A DNA stretch of 64,000 nucleotides, taken from the NCBI GenBank assembly GCA_963811105.1, contig CAWEPZ010000011.1, positions 288,001 through 352,000 of the forward strand, read 5' to 3'. Made by a program: the position numbers and the translations under genes. The stretch is from Candidatus Bathyarchaeota archaeon. Lineage in GTDB: Archaea; Thermoproteota; Bathyarchaeia; Bathyarchaeales; Bathycorpusculaceae. The stretch's first letter is position 1; the number at the start of each line of letters is the position of its first letter. This document shows, in pieces, positions 41,487 to 51,232 of the stretch. Below the pieces are notes generated by a model. That model saw only the letters and a list, made by a program, of their open reading frames with translations, made no database searches and had not been told where the DNA came from.

Positions 41487-41697
41487 TGGTCAACTGAGAA
41501 AGACTCTACCGATATTCTGAAAGGGACCGCTCTTGATGTTTATCGCCTGTTACTAAAGGCAAGAAAACCTCTTGGAATCAAAGAAATCCAGCGGGCGTTG
41601 AATTTAAGTAGTCCTTCAGTGGCTCAGCATCACTTCTCCTGGCTAGAAAGTGTAGGACTTGTAAAGCATGAGTCAGGCTCTTATGTTGTCAATAATG
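41487..41697 (+). pseudogene. HTH regulator truncated by an IS remnant
   Basis: LKGTALDVYRLLLKARKPLGIKEIQRALNLSSPSVAQHHFSWLESVGLV; no start codon; collides with IS sequence. Confidence 0.75.
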
Positions 41698-41952
41698 TAG
41701 GCATAGCTTGTTACGTGGGATGTTCTTTTGAATGTGAAGAGGTATTTTTGCCAAGTGATGTGGCTTTGTTTGAGTGGGTGGTTGCAGTATAGGCACAGCT
41801 TTATCTCTGGGTTAAAATATACTTGTTTTGCCCCGCTGTAGTCTTTCGCTTTCTTCATTGATTCGTCGTCAATATAGCGTTAGATTACAGCTGGGCTTAA
41901 AAGCAAAAATTGGTTGCTTTTCTTGATCGGCTAGTTAGTTATTGACATATGG
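41698..41952 (-). mobile_element. truncated relative of the 14397..16263 IS (left end + transposase N-terminus)
   Basis: MKKAKDYSGAKQVYFNPEIKLC versus MKTAKDYSGAKSLYFKPELKLC; TIR CCATATGTCAATAAC; flanked by A8 (41953-41960). Confidence 0.88.
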
Positions 41953-41976
41953 AAAAAAAAGCAAAAAGGAAAGTTA

Positions 41977-43182
41977 TTAATGTCTTTGGCGGATTTTTCG
42001 GCGTAACGCTACTGGAACACACACTGCAAGGATTACTGCGACAATGAAAGCTATCAAAAACACAAGACCTAAAGAGTTAGCATCTGTGGACGATGTATCA
42101 CTGGATGCTGTCGTTAGATCACCTAAATAACCGAAGGGCGATGCGTAAATTACTTCTGATGTGTCTCCCCAAACTCCGACTTGAATGCCCTCATCGCCTG
42201 CAAAAGTTTGTTTGAAATAGAAGTGGAACTGCCAATATGGATACAACGTTAACGGGTCTCGAGATATTTTGCTGGGAAAGTTGGCGCTAGAATTGCTATA
42301 GGGCAACATGTTAAACCGCACATCATAACGTGCATTCGATAGAGCAGGAGTTTTGACTGTTATGTTCTGGCCAGCTGAATTAGTTACGTCTAGAGTGACC
42401 TTTTGTGCTGCGTCTAAAGCTATCTTTGTTGCCTGCTGAGAAGAAACTGCACTTAACCCAGCAACTTTGTAAAGGCTCCATGTGTCCTGGAATGATACCA
42501 AGTTATTATTGTTGAAGTCCATTTCCACTCTTTTCCAGTTCATAACTATGCCGTCTTCGGTGTAAATCCATTGAAGTCTAGTTCTGTTGCCGTTTTGAGA
42601 GGACTGAAAGTTTGTGTTACATGTCGTTATGTTGGTTGATGATTCGATATTTACGCTGTTTAGAACGTTTTTCATTCTTGTAAGAAATGAGGTGTCAGAA
42701 GTGGCGGATTGTTGCGATATAAACGTTGCATATCTTGTTAACAGGTCATTTGCTTGGTTTGTTAAATCAGTCCCGGACGAACCTAAGTAAATATAGCTGT
42801 CATTGTTTCCAATAGAATTGATATTTACAATTGCCAGTTGTCCATTGTAAAAGATGCTCATGATGTCCAGCGTGCCCTTGCCAGATTTAAAGTAGTAACT
42901 CGGTGATTCCATGTTAACACCTATATCTTCGTTGGGGTTGAAGAGTGCACCTTTTGAAGGTTGAACTGTACCAGTTGACGGTGTATTATTCCTTAATTGA
43001 TAAGAAGGCGTTGTTAGTGAATATTTTGTTAGGTCAAGGCCGGCAACGTTGGATAAAAAATTCGTGGTTTGGTTAAGAGCGCTGGATTGAGTTTCATCTG
43101 TTGAGGAGGTAGCGTTAGCGGTTGTTACAGCAAGAGAAATGATGATTAAAGTGGTTATGAAATATCTTAAGGTATTTTTCAT
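41977..43182 (-). CDS. membrane-anchored PepSY/YcdB-like protein
   Basis: FLSNVAGLDLTKY, VSSQQATKIA, SRDPLTLYPYW, VGVWGDTSEV, C-terminal TM; paralog of 38712. Confidence 0.75.
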   Translation of the reverse strand: MKNTLRYFITTLIIISLAVTTANATSSTDETQSSALNQTTNFLSNVAGLDLTKYSLTTPSYQLRNNTPSTGTVQPSKGALFNPNEDIGVNMESPSYYFKSGKGTLDIMSIFYNGQLAIVNINSIGNNDSYIYLGSSGTDLTNQANDLLTRYATFISQQSATSDTSFLTRMKNVLNSVNIESSTNITTCNTNFQSSQNGNRTRLQWIYTEDGIVMNWKRVEMDFNNNNLVSFQDTWSLYKVAGLSAVSSQQATKIALDAAQKVTLDVTNSAGQNITVKTPALSNARYDVRFNMLPYSNSSANFPSKISRDPLTLYPYWQFHFYFKQTFAGDEGIQVGVWGDTSEVIYASPFGYLGDLTTASSDTSSTDANSLGLVFLIAFIVAVILAVCVPVALRRKIRQRH

Positions 43183-43203
43183 ATTTTTTCCCTCCTAATT
43201 TCT

Positions 43204-44220
43204 TTAAGCTGGAGAAATGTACGAGTTACCGTATACATGCATGGTTGTGTACCACCAATAGCCACCTTTGTCTACCCAATGTCCAACATATAGCGGAGTT
43301 GAGTCAAAGTTACAGCCAAAACATACTTGTGACGCTTGATCGAGACTGTCATGCACGCTCTGTGGATTATTCCAATCGTAATATCCAAGTCCTTTATAGT
43401 AAAATGAAGATACGAAGAGCCAAGCTGGTGCCCCAGAATTTGGCAGTTCGTCTACCATACGAGGCGATGGTCCTTCAAATCCAATGTAGCAATAGCTACC
43501 CGAACCGCCATAGTAACCGTATAGATCCATATCGGAGCGGCCAGTCCAAGCTAATGGCATTCCAACCTCGCCGTAATCACTGAAGAAACCGTATAAAGTA
43601 TTGAAATTCGCAGGAGTAAAAGTTGGTTCTGGATTAGTAGTAGAATTGATTGTTTGAATTATTCCGCTGACATTATCAAAGTCCCCAGATGTATCCATCC
43701 AGTATCTTCCGCCGTTTGCACAGGTCCAGATGAAATCGAAATTCTCGCGACTTGGTAGGCCACCCTGTTCGGTTGCATCGTTGTACACCCAATCGTCGCG
43801 AATGTCACCGGTTTGGCTGTCAACGTGACCATAAAACCAATAATGGCCAAAGGGTGCTGGAGGACCATACCCACTGTTGTGGAAGTCTCCGACCCACCAG
43901 TTTGTTACGTAATCAAGTCCGTCGTAATTCGTGCATTGCCAACTGAGCATGTTGGATACATTACCCTCGTTTGTGTAGTCCCCATATGCATCCATGGGTA
44001 TAGCGGCATAGGGATATTGCCCACTGTAATAATCAACGATCATGTAGCAGACATCGGATTCCATACTTTGTTCGTCAGTATCGATAGGAGGATCTCGATC
44101 ATCTATGTGCCCGTACTGTATTGCTAAACCATAAGCTCTTACTGAGGGAATGATGAGGGTTGCTGTTGAAAGAAAAAGCACAGCTAAGAGCGAAAAAACG
44201 CAAAGGTTTTCCTTTTTCAT
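43204..44220 (-). CDS. secreted peptidase-like domain protein
   Basis: Start MKKENL (ATG 44220, GGTGG SD); signal peptide; FIWTC, GMPLAWTG, CYIGF, SLDQAS, MHVYGN. Confidence 0.75.
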   Translation of the reverse strand: MKKENLCVFSLLAVLFLSTATLIIPSVRAYGLAIQYGHIDDRDPPIDTDEQSMESDVCYMIVDYYSGQYPYAAIPMDAYGDYTNEGNVSNMLSWQCTNYDGLDYVTNWWVGDFHNSGYGPPAPFGHYWFYGHVDSQTGDIRDDWVYNDATEQGGLPSRENFDFIWTCANGGRYWMDTSGDFDNVSGIIQTINSTTNPEPTFTPANFNTLYGFFSDYGEVGMPLAWTGRSDMDLYGYYGGSGSYCYIGFEGPSPRMVDELPNSGAPAWLFVSSFYYKGLGYYDWNNPQSVHDSLDQASQVCFGCNFDSTPLYVGHWVDKGGYWWYTTMHVYGNSYISPA

Positions 44221-44727
44221 TTTTCCACCAAATTTAGTATTTAGGTCTATTCTTATTAAGTTTGTGTTAAATATCGAAATTTCTGGCTCGTTTTCCATTG
44301 TTAATATTTTAATACTAACCTTTAATTGGTAAACAGATAATTTTATTCATTGATTCATTAGGTTTGATTCCTAAATTACTGAATATCACCTCACTAAATT
44401 CCTTATAACTTTGCCGCTCTACACGGAAGACCACGCTCTACTGAGTTATTCATTGGGTTAATCAAAAGAATTTTTTAGAACCGTGGAGTTGTTATTTCTC
44501 AATTGAAAACCTAAAAACTCAACGAAATACTAGCTAATCAAACTATGGAGCTTTTGGTACAATCGAAAATTCGTTTCTTTTGGAGGAAAAAGGTTTACGA
44601 TGCTTTTCCTGAAGCTTCGAATATATCGAATAAAAACGTTTAGCCTTATCATAAAACCAGTCAAGAAACTTTGATTAAACTACACAAATAATCTTGACGA
44701 AAAAACTTTTATTCTAAAACAGCTCCA

Positions 44728-45906
44728 TTGACTTTTATGCGAAGCCATAACAAGAACATAACGGTATTGACTATTATACTTTTTTTGACTTGTTTGGCGG
44801 TGTGGTCTGCCATGCCTGAACCAACTTCGGGGCAAGAGGCAGTTGATAACTCTTGGACTGTGTTGGCGCCGTTGCCCAAAGACCACCTTTCTTTTGCATT
44901 AGGCACAGTGCTGGATGGGCAAATATATCTTATTGGTTATGATATAGCCGAGCGTTATGACCCCGGCTCCAATAAATGGACTGCAATAACGCCTATGCCA
45001 CAAAAAGTCGGAGGAGCTGTTGTCGCTTGCCAAAACAAAATATACGTTATAGGTGGCATAACCCAAGTCTATGACCCAATAACCAATTCATGGGCAAACA
45101 AAACTTCCAGTTCTCCGTATACAACAGGTGCTACAGCTGAGGTCGTCGGAGACAAAATTTATGTCATAAGTGGAGGAACAGCGGGGTACGTCGTTACGAA
45201 CTCTGACATCACCTACGTTTATGACCCAGAGACAGATTCCTGGTCCACGATGGCACCTATTCCAACGCCCGTCCAAAATTATGCGTCTGCAGTTTTAAAC
45301 CATAAAATCTACATCTTCGGAGGCGCCCATGACCAAAAGTCTGTAGACGACCTTAAAGCCTCTAACTTAGTTCAAATTTTTGACCCTGAAACCAACCACT
45401 GGACCGCTGGTCCGCCTCTTCCATTTGGCGTTACCGGTGCGGAAGCCTGTGCAACTTTAGGCATCAATGCAACTGAGCAGATTTACGTTATGGGAGGGTT
45501 TTCGTACACTTATCTGGTGGGAACCAGCCATGGGGATGTCAAACCAAACTTGTATAATCAAGTTTATAACCCTGAAACTCGCACCTGGTCTTTGGAGGCT
45601 TCTCTGCCTGATACCCAATGGAGCTTTTCGTTAGTTAATGCCAATGACATCCTCTATGCTGTAGGAGGCTATGATAAAGGAACCATTACTCTTAATAACG
45701 GGCAGAAAACAGGTGGGCAAACAACTCAAAGATATATTCCATTAGGCTATACCGGCAATGTATATCCAATTTCAACACCAACCAAAGCGGCGGCGCTATA
45801 TTTTTCGCCTTACATTATAGGTGGCATTGCCGTTGTGACCGCCACAGTGCTTGTACTTGCTGCTTTGCTGCTTTTTAGACTATATGAAAGAAGAGTGAGA
45901 AAGTAA
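44728..45906 (+). CDS. Kelch-repeat beta-propeller surface protein
   Basis: Repeated KIYVIGG...YDP.T.SW; signal peptide and C-terminal TM. Confidence 0.92.
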   Translation: MTFMRSHNKNITVLTIILFLTCLAVWSAMPEPTSGQEAVDNSWTVLAPLPKDHLSFALGTVLDGQIYLIGYDIAERYDPGSNKWTAITPMPQKVGGAVVACQNKIYVIGGITQVYDPITNSWANKTSSSPYTTGATAEVVGDKIYVISGGTAGYVVTNSDITYVYDPETDSWSTMAPIPTPVQNYASAVLNHKIYIFGGAHDQKSVDDLKASNLVQIFDPETNHWTAGPPLPFGVTGAEACATLGINATEQIYVMGGFSYTYLVGTSHGDVKPNLYNQVYNPETRTWSLEASLPDTQWSFSLVNANDILYAVGGYDKGTITLNNGQKTGGQTTQRYIPLGYTGNVYPISTPTKAAALYFSPYIIGGIAVVTATVLVLAALLLFRLYERRVRK

Positions 45907-46269
45907 CTCCTGCTGGCTAGTCCGGTGCCTTCTTGGCCTTTGCGGCCGATTTTTAGACTGGACTTGTCCTAGCCCAAACAGGGGACTATTGTGTTCTCTC
46001 GGCAGTTGAGAGGCCAAATGATAAGCTCCTTTTGCGGCACCCAAAGATTTTTCAGTAGCCCACGTTGTATGCTCAGGTTTTGGGTTATCTAGAGGCTCTG
46101 CAAGACAGCTGGGGCGAATTCCAGAAAATACGGGTTGACTTCACTCGAGAAGGACCCAGCATAGATCAAGTCGCACTACGGCTTCAGCTAACAGCAAAGG
46201 AAAGCTCCATTCTTGACCAAGCAGATAGACTGCAGTAAAGTTTAGAAGACATCCAAAGCTGCCCGTCCT

Positions 46270-46645
46270 ACTTTACCATGAATTCCTTCTCGTAAGTCCA
46301 AATAGCCCAAACAACATTCACTTTAACTTACGAGCAACAATCTTAATCGCATCCCGACTATTCCCCTTCGTAACACAAGCCTCCCTGAACACCTGCGCAA
46401 GATGGCCTTCAGGACAAAACCTCACATGAGACCAAGCAGACTCAATAAAAATATACTTAAGCCAAGTATCACCCCTAGCTTCCTTTCCAGCAGAAGAATG
46501 CTCACCAGACTGACTAACCATAGGAACCAACCCAGTATAATGCGCAAGCTTCTCGGGATTGCTAAAACGTTTAATGTCACAAATCTTTGCATACAACGTC
46601 AAAGCAGACAAAAAACCGAATCCGGGAATAGACATAAGCAGCAAA
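46270..46645 (-). mobile_element. IS110-family transposase C-terminal pseudogene
   Basis: LLMSIPGFG..RFSNPEKLAHYTGLVP.VSQSG..VARKL, frameshift into VNVVWAIWTYEKEF. Confidence 0.85.
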
Positions 46646-46772
46646 ACAGGCTTAACCGGAATTATTATCAGGCTATTTGTGGGGAAAAAACATTGAACCT
46701 TAACAGGTGGAACAGAATCATCAGTGAAGAAGCAACCGCCCAAGACATCTGCAGCAGGACCGAAAGAAGTTA

Positions 46773-47064
46773 ATGGCGAAGAGTAAACCTTGGACAGTTA
46801 AGGATGAAAGGCAGCTTCGAGAGCTCTTAACAGAAAAAAAAATCTATACGTAGTATTGCAAAGATTATGTGCAAAACCCTTATTGCTGTACGGTTGAAAG
46901 CGTCTCGCTTAGGCTTAGAAGATGATGATGGGAGTGAAAAAAACACGCCATCATCATCTACCTTTGACAAGTTAGTTTTGCCAATTGAGTCCTGCAGACG
47001 AAGCTACTTATTTTGGAAGAAATTGCCTAACTTGGCAGTATTGCTTGAGTACAACGTGAATTAA
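46773..47064 (+). pseudogene. HTH (Myb/SANT-like KPWT..E) protein frameshifted in an A9 run
   Basis: MAKSKPWTVKDERQLRELLTEKK, then +1 frame SIRSIAKIMCKTLIAVRLKASRLGL. Confidence 0.7.
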
Positions 47065-47084
47065 AGGGCGCAGGGAAGGTGTTA

Positions 47085-47160
47085 AAAATGTGTCAAAATG
47101 TGTAAAAAATGTGTAAAAATTGTGTAACATGTGCGCACGTTGTGCGCACGATTTTACACA
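47085..47160. repeat. phased iteron-like repeats
   Basis: AAAATGTGT x3-4 at 10-11 bp spacing, TGTGCGCACG x2, inverted TTTTACACA. Confidence 0.75.
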
Positions 47161-47205
47161 ATATTTTGTATATTTGAATCACTTATGCATGATCAACTAT
47201 GAAAA

Positions 47206-47439
47206 ATGTATCGCTTAAACAGTACGCATACTTTAAATGAATTTGCGTATGTAGTAGGATTTCATAAAAGAAGGGAAAGCCAAACGGAAAGAGAAACAAC
47301 AAATTTGAAGTTAAGACGTGACATAAAAAAGCGGGCGAATGGGTCCGTTGAAAACGGACATTTCAACGGTATAACTACCTTAAGTGGGCTAGTAGAAAAA
47401 GCTCTTACAGAAATTTTGGACAAGAACAATGTACCCTAA
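47206..47439 (+). CDS. RHH-like small DNA-binding protein
   Basis: TTNLKLRRDIKK..TLSGLVEKALTEIL; true start uncertain. Confidence 0.5.
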   Translation: MYRLNSTHTLNEFAYVVGFHKRRESQTERETTNLKLRRDIKKRANGSVENGHFNGITTLSGLVEKALTEILDKNNVP

Positions 47440-47498
47440 GAATTCGAGACCTAGAGGCAGTTTATTCTCAGGAATTAAGCTTTCTATGGCAACTCATT

Positions 47499-47771
47499 TT
47501 GACCATATCCTGCAGAGGTAAGGTGTTAATGGTTTTTAATGGCTTCCTTAAAGCTCAAGGTTACCTTCAGCTGGAGGATCCGGTCTGGGGTCGCTGCCTA
47601 ATTATTCCTCGAGAAGAATTTACAGGTAAAATGGCGCTGTGTCTTAGAGTTGAAGGCATAAGATACCATTTCACCTGGTTAGATAATTATGGCGCCGTTT
47701 TCGTTGAACTACAGGATCCTTTCTTTTCTGAACCTAAGGTAGAATTGGCGGCCTTGGAGGTTAATTATTAG
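47499..47771 (+). CDS. hypothetical protein (element backbone)
   Basis: Coupled to the next ORF. Confidence 0.5.
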   Translation: MTISCRGKVLMVFNGFLKAQGYLQLEDPVWGRCLIIPREEFTGKMALCLRVEGIRYHFTWLDNYGAVFVELQDPFFSEPKVELAALEVNY

Positions 47772-48238
47772 TGGTTGAAGGGGAGCGAACAGGTGCCCTA
47801 GCCAGCATTACGTCTCTTAGCATGTTTGGCAATCAACCGGTAAACAATATTACTGGCAAGTCGGTTTCAGTTCTACCTGCCGGCGCCGCCTCGCAAATTC
47901 CCATCTATGTAAAATACAAAGATCACGCATTCTTCAAGAATCTCTCCGACCCTGTTGCAGCTCCTGTTATCCGTGAGACCATCGGCTGGGTGAAAGAAGA
48001 AAATGAGGAGCTTTTCCTAATTGAGTTTGACCGTTCTGTTCCAAGAAGAGGCAAAAACGTAAACGGGATCATTATTTTGAAGAATTGCATCATAGAAGCC
48101 TACCCGTTGCCACTACAAAAAAAATCGGAATACCACTTAAATTTAACGAAAACTACGTCTAGGCTTGAGTTGGCGTTCCGGCCATCGGAGCGAAAAACTC
48201 ATGGAGCTAAATTCTCCAGGAAAAACCAGACATGCTAG
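47771..48238 (+). CDS. hypothetical protein coupled to the integrase
   Basis: YVKYKDH..RETIGW..FDRS core; overlaps integrase start. Confidence 0.65.
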   Translation: MVEGERTGALASITSLSMFGNQPVNNITGKSVSVLPAGAASQIPIYVKYKDHAFFKNLSDPVAAPVIRETIGWVKEENEELFLIEFDRSVPRRGKNVNGIIILKNCIIEAYPLPLQKKSEYHLNLTKTTSRLELAFRPSERKTHGAKFSRKNQTC

Positions 48239-49674
48239 AAAGAAAAACTACGTTAAACGCTATAGCCCCGGCTATAATAAGATCCCGTAAATTGAAATTA
48301 GAACAAATAAAGGAACTGAAGCTTCCGCTGATTTTTCGAGACGACCAAGTTATCATCGAAAAAAGCCTAAACGATTATCCACTCAACACCCCATTAAAAC
48401 TAAAGCTTTCTCAAATCTTGGAAACAGGCGAAGTAGGCCTAGTTGACTACATTATCCGTTCTTGCATTAGACAATGCCCAACAATGATCCCATACATCTT
48501 TGAAAACCAAAGCTTACTCAAGATGGTACGACATCTTTTCAGACACGGCTCACCATCACAACAAACCTGCTCATCTTACTCAATTAATGTCAGAAAATAC
48601 GCCAACTGGCAAGGTTATTCGCCAGACGAATTAATCCTAGACATTAAACCCGTTGGAGCAATCTCAGATCCGCAAAGAGTCCTAAACCACTGTGACTTTC
48701 TCGAAAGTTACTTAGCAGATCTCCAAGACTCAGGCCTCAAACCCTCATCCGTAAATAACTGTATCAAAGCAGTCAAAACCTTCTATCGCGAAAACGGCGC
48801 CAAAGTTGAGCTGAAAGATAAACTTAAACGCAAAAAAACCTACAAAGACCGAGCACCTACACCAGACGAATTAGCAAAAGTACTCGACAACGCAGCAACT
48901 CGCGAAGCTTTCATGATCGCAGCCATAGCAACAGGCGGATTCAGAGAAGAAACATTTTCAGTCCTAACATATGGACACGTCAAAGAAGACCTAGAAGCCA
49001 ACAGATTTCCAATACATATTCACGTAGAAGCCGCAATTAGCAAAGGAAAATACCACGACTACGATACGTTCATCAACGTAGAAGCCTGCAAACTTCTGAA
49101 ACAGTATATAGAAGAACGAAAAAAAGGCACACGTAAATTCCCTCCAGAAGAAATAACCGACGAATCACCGCTTATCAGAAACACCAGGTCTGCCAAGAAA
49201 GTAAGAGGAATCAGTGGCAGTGCAGTTGGAGACATAATTCATAAGCTGCTAATTGAAGCAAATGTAGCAAAGAAACTCCACAAAAGTTGGATGTACGACG
49301 TTAGAACTCACAGCTTTCGAAAATATTTCAAAACTCAATTAAGCATCTGCAAAATCAACGACGATATCATCGAATACATGATGGGTCACTCACCCGACAC
49401 TTACGAAGACGTTCAAAGTTTAGGAATAGAAAAACTCAGAAAACTCTACGTTGCAGCAGACCTTTCAATCAGAGCAAAAACAGTTCCTAACAGAATTGAG
49501 CAACTTAAAGAAATCATACGCGGCTGGGGCGAGAATCCCGAAGAAATTCTATGTAAAGACGTACTTCTCCGAGGAAACAGCACTGACGAATCACCTAGTC
49601 AAATCGAAACGCATCAAATGTCACTTTTAGCTGAATCACTCAAGGATCTTGTTAAGCGGGAGGTCTCAAAATAA
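48232..49674 (+). CDS. tyrosine recombinase/integrase
   Basis: Catalytic set R (GGFREE), K (SKGK), HxxR (THSFRKYF), H (MMGH), Y (DTY); ends just inside the right arm. Confidence 0.96.
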   Translation: MLERKTTLNAIAPAIIRSRKLKLEQIKELKLPLIFRDDQVIIEKSLNDYPLNTPLKLKLSQILETGEVGLVDYIIRSCIRQCPTMIPYIFENQSLLKMVRHLFRHGSPSQQTCSSYSINVRKYANWQGYSPDELILDIKPVGAISDPQRVLNHCDFLESYLADLQDSGLKPSSVNNCIKAVKTFYRENGAKVELKDKLKRKKTYKDRAPTPDELAKVLDNAATREAFMIAAIATGGFREETFSVLTYGHVKEDLEANRFPIHIHVEAAISKGKYHDYDTFINVEACKLLKQYIEERKKGTRKFPPEEITDESPLIRNTRSAKKVRGISGSAVGDIIHKLLIEANVAKKLHKSWMYDVRTHSFRKYFKTQLSICKINDDIIEYMMGHSPDTYEDVQSLGIEKLRKLYVAADLSIRAKTVPNRIEQLKEIIRGWGENPEEILCKDVLLRGNSTDESPSQIETHQMSLLAESLKDLVKREVSK

Positions 49675-49678
49675 ACTC

Positions 49679-49714
49679 AAAAAACAGTACTTTCTCAAGT
49701 CTGAACACTCAAGA

Positions 49715-49724
<10 letters not shown>
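49679..49724. repeat. attR: right inverted arm + 10-bp core
   Basis: AAAAAACAGTACTTTCTCAAGTCTGAACACTCAAGACC overlapping CCTCGCGGTC. Confidence 0.88.
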
Positions 49725-50305
<581 letters not shown>

Positions 50306-51232
50306 TAACGTCGTTAGTTTAAGTGATTTATGAACTCAGAGTATGAATTGATAACCTTTGAGAGTCAATTATTAAACCTCATCCCATCATATCTTGTCGG
50401 CTCTCAAAATAATAGATTATTTGCCTCTGTTTTTGCTCTCGTTAAAGATTGATCGGCTGTTTAGCCTTAGAAACTAAGTAAGTTTGCAACAGAAAAACAA
50501 AGAATCACTAAGAATTCATGCGAAAGGTTGATTCTCGGGCTGTCCTTTTAGCGTTATTATGAAATATTTGTCAAGATTAACGATTAGCCAAAAGTAAGAT
50601 AGCAAAACGTGCACCTTGGTTTTAGAGATAGTGCCCTGTTAAAGAAAGAAAACGGCTCATAATTACAGGCTTCCTCAAATCGTAAGAGGAAAAAAACGCA
50701 AAACGCAAAAATGCCGTTTTATCTGAGGCAAAATTCGTCGAGATGCAGAAATTCCAAATGTAAAATTTTCTCCGACAACCTATTTATGCAAAATTCGAGT
50801 CTTCATGACTAAATACTATCTAAGGGATTTCTTGCTGTATTTTGGCGGGATAATTTCGTCATGCCAAAACGTTATGCCGGTCAAATTTCCCTCGCTTCCC
50901 TCTCAAAAATGGAGAGCTGAATATAATGCAGCGGACGATTTCACACTCAGATGAGTATAAGTTCCATGGAAATTAAGATTGCTGGATTTCAGATAATGAT
51001 ATGTTTAGGCCTTCCACTCTTTTAAGAATTAAGTCTCAAAATAGTATGAATGAAAAAGAAATGTTTTGTTAGATTTTTCCAATGCTGTTTTATTTTTCCT
51101 TTATTGCTTACGTCAAGTAGCCTGAAACAGCGAACTATTAATTCTATATTATAGATGGAACTCCCACACCAAGCTCTTCTTGAAGTAAGATTCCACAGTA
51201 AGACTATTTACAAAAAAAATAAAAGGGGAAGA

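Noticed and set aside
30287-44220. Diversity-generating retroelement behind paralog variation
   Set aside because: No reverse transcriptase and no near-identical template/variable repeat pair seen.
45915-45930. GGCTAGTCCG match to the Cas9 tracrRNA nexus
   Set aside because: A 10-nt match with no Cas9, IscB or TnpB nearby; likely chance.
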